A DNA stretch of 64,000 nucleotides from the human T2T-CHM13v2.0 reference genome, Homo sapiens. This document shows, one piece after another, positions 55,500 through 64,000 of the stretch. Numbering within the stretch: position 1 is the first letter of the stretch; each line of letters opens with the position of its first letter. The position numbers were made by a program, and so were the translations under genes. The stretch lies in NCBI RefSeq assembly GCF_009914755.1, contig NC_060926.1; one strand, written 5' to 3'. The notes below the pieces were generated by a model that made no database searches, was not told where the DNA came from, and saw only the letters and a program-made list of their open reading frames with translations.

Positions 55500-56173
55500 G
55501 TACATGAATTCTAATGTTACTGAAATACTTTTAATTATGCTTGGAACAACCATGTGTCAATCCACTTTTTTAACAGTAAGTTATATAAAATCTAAATGTA
55601 GGTCAAGTATTTCTGATAAAAATTTAGCATCCAAATTGAGATGTGCTGAAGGTGAAATAATGCACACAATATTTCAAAAATTATTAAGAAAAAAAGAATG
55701 CATCCCAGCACCCTGGGAGGCCCAGGTGGGAGGATCACTTGAGCCCAGGAGTTTGAAACCAGCCTATGTAACAAAGTGAGACCTTGTCTCTATGGAAAAA
55801 AAAAAAAAAAGCCAGGCATGGTGGCATGTGCCTGCAATCCAAGCTACTTGAAAAGCTAAGATGGGAGGGTCAATTGAACCCAGGAGTTTGAGGCTGTAGA
55901 CAGCTGTAATTGTGTCACTGCACTCTAGCCCCGAAGACAGAGTGAGACTCTGTCTTAAAAAAAGAAAAAAAGAAAAAGAAAAGAAAGTAAAATATTATAT
56001 TAACAGTTTTTATTTTTATATTGAGTACAAGTTGAAATGATAATGTTTTAGACATATTAGGTTAAATAAAGTATATTTTTAAAGCTGTTTCTCTTTAACT
56101 CATTTTTTAATGTGGCTATTATGATATTTTAAATTGCATGTGCAGCCCTTATGATATGTGATTTGGACAACTG
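55500..56173 (+). mobile_element. hAT transposon remnant (Charlie5/MER33-like) interrupted by Alu
   Basis: ORF 55504.. gives LGTTMCQSTFLTVSYIKSKCRSSISDKNLASKLRCA, resembling a hAT transposase C-terminus. The 3' end TTTTAATGTGGCTATT...TTGGACAACTG is MER33-like. Confidence 0.75.
55702..55987 (+). mobile_element. AluJ, 5'-truncated
   Basis: Starts at ATCCCAGCAC; GGATCACTTGAGCCCAGGAGTTTGA; A-rich tail. Confidence 0.93.
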
Positions 56174-57749
56174 TTTTGGAGGTTTGAATTTTATTTCCAT
56201 CTTCCTGCATATCCTCATGATGGCAGGAATCAGATGTCACTCAGAGAACTCAACCCAGCTGAAGAATGCAATATATATTTTCAGTGTTGGCTCGAACACT
56301 GGGATGCAGTCCTTCTATCCTTGCATCATTGTCCCACTCTCTGGGCCCATCCTTTAGCTTCCGGACCTTTATCCTATCAGTCTCTTGGCCCTTTTTTGGC
56401 CTCTATCAATGTCTTCAGCTGCCCACACTCGCCTTTTACAATCCTAGCTCTTTGCTCCTGAGTCCTATTAACCCACTCATAGACAATCCATTGAACTCCC
56501 TGTAGAAGCTGTTGAAACCCTTTTCCAGGTCTTCCCAAGTTCCCTGGCCCTTACCCACACACCAACAGATTGAGAGAAATTCAAGGCCAACGGGTTTCTT
56601 AGCTCCCTTCCTCAAAGACTTCCTCAACCTCAAAGACTTCCTAAATCATTCCTTGACCACATCTTTTTCTTTCCATTTTTTTCTTCACTCCAAATCCAAT
56701 GACCGGCTCTTCACCCATGTATCTCCTTCCTCATTCTAAGTGGCTAGGCTTAATCAGCCATCCCTCCTCAGCCTCTCATTACTTCAACTTCTTCCTGCCT
56801 GTTGATGACCTTTTACCCCTTCAAATGAGTAGGCCCTGACCCTACTCCTGGACACAGCAGGGAGAGTGACCTAAGAAATAGTCTTCTTCGGCTTCTCTGA
56901 GCCCAGGTCCTTTATCCAGGCTACCAGGAGAGTCACATGTTCCCATTCTACAATTCAAGGTTTCCTCCAATCAGTAATACTGACTAGTAAGACAGTTAGT
57001 GACCTTATTTTATAAATATATGACTTCTAATCGAATACTGATTTCATCCCAAAACAGAAAGTAAGGTAAAAAGCCTGCAGTACCAAGAAAAATCTCAGAA
57101 TACAAGCTTATATTTTTGTGTTTTTGCAAAGCTCCACAAGCATCCCTCCTTTGTTCTGTCTTTACTCTCTCCTGGTTCCTGTCCAGGACGTCCTCCCAGG
57201 TTTCTGTGCTGGAACCAGATCAGACCCACACTTCCTGCCATTATCATGTCATTATAATACCAGGAGTGGCTGGTGCCCAGGCTCCCTTGTTTAGCCCCTC
57301 TTCAGTCCTTCCTTGGAGATAACCTTATTGCTAGTTGGTTTCCCTCCAAGTGTGTGCACACCACATGTGACCAAAACTGCTGTGATAAAAACTACTTAGA
57401 GCCAGATATAGTTTTCTAGCAGTTATCTGATGCCCACTGATGTTAAATTGACCAATTTTCCATTCTTCTTATCCTTTGAGCCTGTTTTCTTTTTTTTTTT
57501 TTTTACCAGAGATCTACTACTTTCATTTGCTTACATCTGTGTGTTTCTCCAGCAAGATGATAACTAATTTTATGTGTCATTAATTCTCTGTGATGCTCCC
57601 TTCATTCCTTCTCCACCTACACACGCATTCTAGGCATATTCCCAGAATTCGCCCTCTGACCTATTTCCTTCTCTAGCTCCTGTCTTACCTCTTGCCTTTT
57701 ATTAACTCCTCAACCTCATGTAATCTGAGTTCCTCCCTCATTTCTCTAG

Positions 57750-58990
57750 GGAAATTGCTTTTCTATATTATTAATATCTACCTGATTAGCAAATTCAAGT
57801 CTTCTTCACATTCTTCATCTACTCAGTTTATCTTCTATTCATAACTCATTCTCTTAGCTTTCTTGATAGGAAATACTCCTAGTTTCATAATTGGGCTTAG
57901 CCAGCACCTATTCTTCAGCCAGACTTTCTGTAAATATACCTCAGGGTTCTAGGCTCTCTCTTTGCCTTCTACCCTCTATAACTTAATTATTATTGCTCTG
58001 TAATAATTATTACCAAATATGCTCCCCATTTCTGATTCAGTCCATGCATCTTTAATTACATGTGGAACATCATTCCATGGATAACCTATAGGCATTTGAA
58101 AATTAATGTATACACCACTGAACACACCATATGCTACTAGTTCTTCCTCTTTACTCCCAAACTTCGTCTGTTATATTCTGTATCTCAGTAAATAGAATCA
58201 CCCTCCCCCCTGTATCCTTCAGGCTCAAAAATTTGGAGACATCCTTAAGTACTTTATATTTCTATTAAAATGTTTTCTTTCCCTTCTCCATCCAAGCATA
58301 AAATCCTATCAATTGATTTTTGAGGTGTCTCTTATTCTCAGTCCTTCAATCTGGTCTCATTGACGTTGTCCTAGGTCCAGCCATCATTAAAGCTTATCAG
58401 GGGCATTCTAAGAATTTCCTAAGCGCTCTCTCCTCTTTCACCCTGTCACCTATGTTAGCTCTAAACCTAAGCCCTATCATCTTATATATCACTCCCCTTC
58501 CCAAAACATTCAATGGTTCCCAATGACACATAAAATGAATATGCTTGATGAATTGGATGCAGCAGATTTTCCACATTGCCTCTCACTGTGCCATCCCTGT
58601 TGGAGCTGGTGCTGTGGTCACATATGCATGCATTGCAAACATTTCCTACAATTTCCTGACTGTGCCTTTCCCATGATGTCCCCTGAGCCTTCAATACTCT
58701 GACCTCATTTCCCACTATTGAATTTCTACAGTCTTTAAGCAATGCTTCCTCTATCAGGTCTGCTAAGGATTCCTTCAGACAAAGCTAACCTCTTGATTCT
58801 CTTTTCCCTATTGCACGTTCTACCTCAACTTAATTCTCACAATAGGCTGTAGTGTTTCTTCTCTTTGTGACAGTCTCCAGTGAATTGTGAGTTCCTAGAA
58901 GCAGAAGCCATATTTCGTTCAACTTCATATCCCTTGCAGTGCTCTGTCAGAGTACTTCCTCTGAGTAGTCAGATACAAAATAAAGGTTTA
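57750..58990 (+). mobile_element. L2 fragment (long, decayed)
   Basis: CCTCAGGGTTCT, ATAGGCATTTGAAAATTAATGT, TTCAATGGTTCCCAATG, ATTGTGAGTTCCTAGAAGCAG. Confidence 0.65.
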
Positions 58991-60920
58991 CTTAGTTGTT
59001 AAGAAACTAGATTGCAACAGAAGACAATCTTCCTTTAGAACTTATATGACTCTAAGACGAGTTCTAATATTTGCCACGCTGGTGAGGGTGGTGGATTAAT
59101 ATCCTTCTTTAAAGCTAAACGAACACTCAGAAGCCCTGAGTGTGGCATAGCTTTTGAAGATTAGAATCACTTTCCATTGAGAAAGCCTAGCTTTTCCTAT
59201 ATTCCTTCCCCTTCTCTTTTTGTCATTTTAAGTAAAAAAATGGAATTGCATAAAATCTCCAAAAGTCACATTAAAAAGTAAAAATATGTATACTTCCTAT
59301 GACTGAACTCACAGGAGCTGTCCTTCAGATAATATTAATATCTTGGGTTTCTTTATATTATGTCCTTTTACTACTATTCAACCAATATATACTAAGGACA
59401 TGATATGACCCTAACGTTATGCACAGCATTTTGGTGATTGAAATAATGCAAGATACAGACCCAGGTGAAAGTTAGTAAAGAATTTCCCATGGAACTGAGC
59501 CTTGGAAAAGGCTCAGGGCATGAACAGATAGATGGATAGATGGAGAAAATGGAAAGGGCTTTCCTAGATGGAGGAATAGAAAAGAAACAATGAGCAAAGG
59601 CAAACAAACAATTGTAACGTGTGTTATTAAAGGGTGGAGACAATCAGGTAGGCAGACTGATCAGAATAGATGGTTTATCCTAAAACAATAATAATATATT
59701 AGTACTAACCTTCAGTGAAATCAGATGAAGGAGTACAGTATGTAAAACAAACAGAATTGGAGCTACTACCATAAAGAGAGGAGGGAAATGAGAGATTGTG
59801 ACCTGACTGCTTGCTGAGTGGCCTCTGACAACCCTCTCCTCACAGTCCCAGGCCCTCCCTCGAGCTCCTCTCAGTGTAAATGGAAAATCACCAGCCAAGT
59901 GAAAAACAGAAAATAAGATCAAATTGGTAGAATGGGGGCCAAATTATGGGGAGCCATGTTACCTGATCTTAGGATCAGGTAATTCAGGAAAGAGAACTCT
60001 TAATTCAGTTCTCTTTCTCATACTGCACATATTGGAGCTTTATAATTTGTATGCTAAATAAATCTCTCTTTGTGTCCACATGGCTTGTTCCATGCTCTGT
60101 ACACATCTAATACCCCCCAAAATTTTAAAAAACTTTAAACGAATGGATAAATGAATGGCTGAGTCAATACCAGCCTCCACTGAAGTAAACAATGTTTTCC
60201 CAAAGTCTTCGTCAATGTTAATAGTTTTCTGCAATCTAGTTTATCCCCACCCACTGCCAGCAGGAAATTAAGCTTTGGACTTGAATGCACAAGACTTAGG
60301 CTGAGGCAGCCTTACCAGAAGACTCCACTGTGACTCCGCTTATATCAGAGCTTAAAGATGCACATCCAAGGGTTTTATATAATGATTCCCAAAAGGGAAA
60401 ATAATCCCAAAGCACAGTTATTTCCCAATGCCTTAATAATCCACAAGCTTCTTAAAGGTACAGGGCTCTATGTTAGCTACTTGACAGATCTCAGAGGAAA
60501 TGCAGATCCTTTATTAAGAAAGATATTTGTTCATTTAAATAAATTAATTAAAAAAATAAACAGTGAGAAAGAAATACACCTCCAGCACAATGTGGTCCCA
60601 GGTCTAGCAAAAATTTCAGCACATACAAATAACTTTAGTGTGTGGGATAGACATCTGGGAGCGGGCTTTAAAGGATGACAATGGGCTGTTTTCTATTACG
60701 TTCTTGTAACCTGTTGGGCCACAGACACATATGCTTGTGTTCTTTCAACCTGGAGATAATACAAGTAGAGAGGCATCATGATTAAGAAAGAATTAATGCA
60801 TCCAGGGATAGGGCCAATAAAAACTATAGGTTTTGCATTTCATCCAAATAGAAAATTTCAAAAACCTCCTAGATTTATAAGGAAAGAAAAGCAGCAGTTT
60901 GGTTTAAAAAAAAGAAAATA

Positions 60921-61238
<318 letters not shown>

Positions 61239-61459
61239 TCATTTTTAGGATACCTCAATCTTCCCCTAAGTAACTGTTACCCCACTATTGGTCTCTTATG
61301 TGTGAGAACAAAATGAAAAAGCCATGCAACTGTAATTATAGTTTTTAAAAATTCCTTCTTTTTCTCTTTTACTTTGTATGTACTTAGGTTTTTCTTACTG
61401 TATAGCTTATAATCCCCTATATTTTGATTTCTGACTAATCAATCTCATTCTCAGCTAGG

Positions 61460-62280
61460 ACAAAACATTTATTCAACAATGTTTTATGAGGCATCTACTT
61501 GGTGCCAGGCAAGATGTTAGTTGTAGAGGATACACAAATTTTAAATTTTATTGAATTTTAAATGAATAATTACAAACAAACATGCAGAATCCTTACTTCT
61601 TTTCAAATTCAGAGTCTAGGACGGGAGACAAACATCCATCAGATAATCATAAAAACAAATATAATGTCACAATTTTCACATAAGATATATGGGATCATGT
61701 AAGGATAACGGGAATCCACCTCTTTGGTGAATTCACAGGAGTGTCCCTTAAAATGTAACATTTGTGCTTAGAGAGAAAGGATGTATAGAAATAAACTAGA
61801 TAAGAGAGTAGAGTGGAGCAGGGCATAGTAAGGATGAAAATCATAACCAGCAGAAAAGATGCTGCTCTCAAGGTTCTCACTAGGACCAGCGGGTTAGTAC
61901 AGAGATGGCAGGAGAGTGGCATGGTTCAGGAAGAGACTGAAGAAATTAGTAGCAGACAGCCATGGCACGCAGCACATTGTAGGTCATGACATGAATTTTG
62001 GTTTTATCTTAAGTACAATGTGAATCTTGTGGGAAGTTTCCAGAAGTCAGGGATGAAGTGCCATAATCAGATCTACTTTTGGAAAAAGTTGCTTTGGTTG
62101 CATTATTTAGGGGCAGGAGAGCTTTAAGGTAATTCAGAGATAATAACAGTTTGGACTAGAGTTGCAGTTATGAAGATAGAAAGTAGGTGAAATGTAAAGA
62201 CATACAGAAGGAAAATCTACACAACACTGACAATAGGAATTGAGGGAGAGAAAAGTATCAAGGAGAGACAAAGACTCTGC
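61460..62280 (-). mobile_element. L2 antisense (resumes ~63240-63500)
   Basis: CATTTATTCAACAATGTTTTATGAGGCATCTACTTGGTGCCAGGCA is the reverse L2 3' end; GAATTTTGGTTTTATCTTAAGTACAATG. Confidence 0.75.
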
Positions 62281-62294
62281 TGTATAAAAGTAAA

Positions 62295-63217
62295 TGGATT
62301 TCAATAATGAGATAACACTACACACCTATTAGAATAGCTAAAATCCAAAGCTCTGGCATCACATGCTGACAAGAATGTGTAGCAATAGGAACTCACATTC
62401 ATTACTGGTGGAAATGCAAAATGGCACAACCACTTTGGAAGACAGGTTGGCAGTTTCTGACAAAGCTAAACATAATCTTAACATATGATCCAGGATTACA
62501 CTCCCAGTTATTTTTCTAAATGAGCTAAAGAATATGTTCGCACAGAAACCTATACACTAATGTTTATAACAGCTTTTATTCATAATTGCCAAAATGTGGA
62601 AGCAACTAAGATGTCCTTCAGTAAGTGAATGGGCATACAAATTGTAGTACATTCATACAATAGAATATTCTTTAGCAATAAAAAGAAATGATCTATCAAG
62701 GAACAAAAAGACATGAAGGAAACATTAATGCATATTTCTAATTGAAAGAAGCTAATCTGAAAAGGCTGCATGCTCTATAATTTCAATTACATGACATTTT
62801 AAAAGAAGCAAAGCTATGGATACAGTAAAAAAAAAAAAAAAAAGTGATTGCCATGGTTCAGGGTTTGGGGAAGGGATGGAGGGATAAATAAGTGGACCAT
62901 GGGGGATTTTTAGTGGAGTGAAGCTATTGTGAATGACAATATAAGGTGAATATATGACATTGTACATTTGGCAAAACCAGTAGAATTATACAGTACCACG
63001 AGTAAACCCTAATGTAAACTATAGACTCTGCTTAATAATAATGTATCAGTATTGGTTTATAAATTATAACAAATGTACCACATCAATGCAAAATAATAAT
63101 AAGGTTAATTAAGTACAGAAGGAGAGGGTATACATGGAAACTCTCTGTACTTTCTGCTCAGCTTTTCTCTAAATCTAAAATTTCTCTAAGAAATAGCCTA
63201 TTCAATTAAAAAAAAAC
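62295..63217 (+). mobile_element. L1MC1/2-like 3' end inserted in L2
   Basis: AATGAGATAACACTACACACCTATTAGAAT...GAGTAAACCCTAATGTAAACTATAGACT...GGAAACTCTCTGTACTTTCTGCTCA, then an A tail. Confidence 0.9.
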
Positions 63218-63807
63218 TTCAAATACAGTTTTTTTTAAAAGACGACAGATGGCAATAATGTTTCCTTAAGTGAGAATGACTGGAAAAAAGCCACCTTGGG
63301 AGAAAGAACATTATATTTGTTTCAGATTCGTTGAGTGTAAGGTACCTTAAAATATCTAAAGGACATGTGAAAGAGCAGTTGAACTTCAGGTCTAGAGTTC
63401 AGAAGAAAGGTATAAGCTAAAAATATAAATATTAATCATTTGCAAATGGATGGTATTCGATGCTAAAAACAGTGATGGAATCTCCCAGGTGAGATTACAC
63501 TGAAGCACTACATGCCTCAGCCTCCATGTCTTGCTTTTGGAACTGACTACTATTAACATAAGGGACAAGAAAGGAAATAAGAGAGAATGGCTGTATTTGG
63601 TATTGGGTTTGTTCATGTTTTTGTTTTGTTTGAGTTTGTAAAAAGCATGTGTTGGAGAAATTTTGGAAGAAAGACTCTTAGAAAACTGGCCAAGAAATAA
63701 AGAGAAAAAGATGAGCCTGGGGACCAGAAATAAGTCTCTCTCAGCTAAAGCAAAAGTCACAGAGGAGAAAATACCCGTGGTGAAACCCAGTTAAAGAACT
63801 AGTTGTA

Positions 63808-64000
63808 GGCGGGGCACGGTGGCTCACGCCTGTTATCCCAACACTTTGGGAGGCCGAGGCGGGCGGATCACGAGGTCAGAAGCTCGAGACCAGCAGCCTG
63901 GCCAACATAGTGAAACCTCGTCTCTACTAAAAATACAAAAAATTAGCCAGGTGTGGTGGTAGGCGCCTGTAGTCCCAGCTATTTGGGAGGCTGAGGCAGG
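63808..64000 (+). mobile_element. AluS, cut by the window end
   Basis: GGCGGGGCACGGTGGCTCACGCCTGT...CTACTAAAAATACAAAAAATTAGCC. Confidence 0.96.

Noticed and set aside
55504-55779. Transposase-like ORF as a domesticated gene
   Set aside because: Only a short C-terminal remnant that runs into an Alu.
56610-56645. 18-bp tandem duplication (also a 13-bp repeat at 50418-50449)
   Set aside because: Ordinary short slippage duplications with no further structure.
60400-60445. Two close TAATCC (OTX/CRX-type) sites
   Set aside because: A common hexamer in AT-rich DNA; two sites are insufficient.

Overview
AT-rich primate (most likely human) non-coding DNA, intergenic or deep intronic. I found no recognisable protein-coding gene, RNA gene, CpG island or CRISPR-like array. 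The longer ORFs I examined are translations of Alu, L1, hAT or simple repeats, or look like chance ORFs. Much of the window is decayed interspersed repeat: 13 Alu/FRAM copies, L1/HAL1 and L2 fragments, MIRs, ERV1/ERVL/MaLR LTRs, and DNA transposons (Charlie-type hAT, MER53, Tigger4), often nested with visible target-site duplications. The outstanding structure is a ~2.55 kb compound AT-rich minisatellite (839-3395). It contains a 278-bp stretch with no G or C built from palindromic units, a sub-array with ten tandem TACGTG (HIF-type core) sites, and a 143-bp higher-order repeat. Other leads are a 145-bp TG..CA mini-LTR with a perfect 5-bp TSD, an orphan L1 RT-core fragment with an A-rich tail, a T-box-like palindrome, a CDX/HOX motif cluster and three candidate exons. 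Repeat subfamily names come from my recollection of consensus sequences and need RepeatMasker/Dfam confirmation. Boundaries of old repeats are approximate. I cannot support a claim of a new biological system from sequence alone; the findings are hypotheses.
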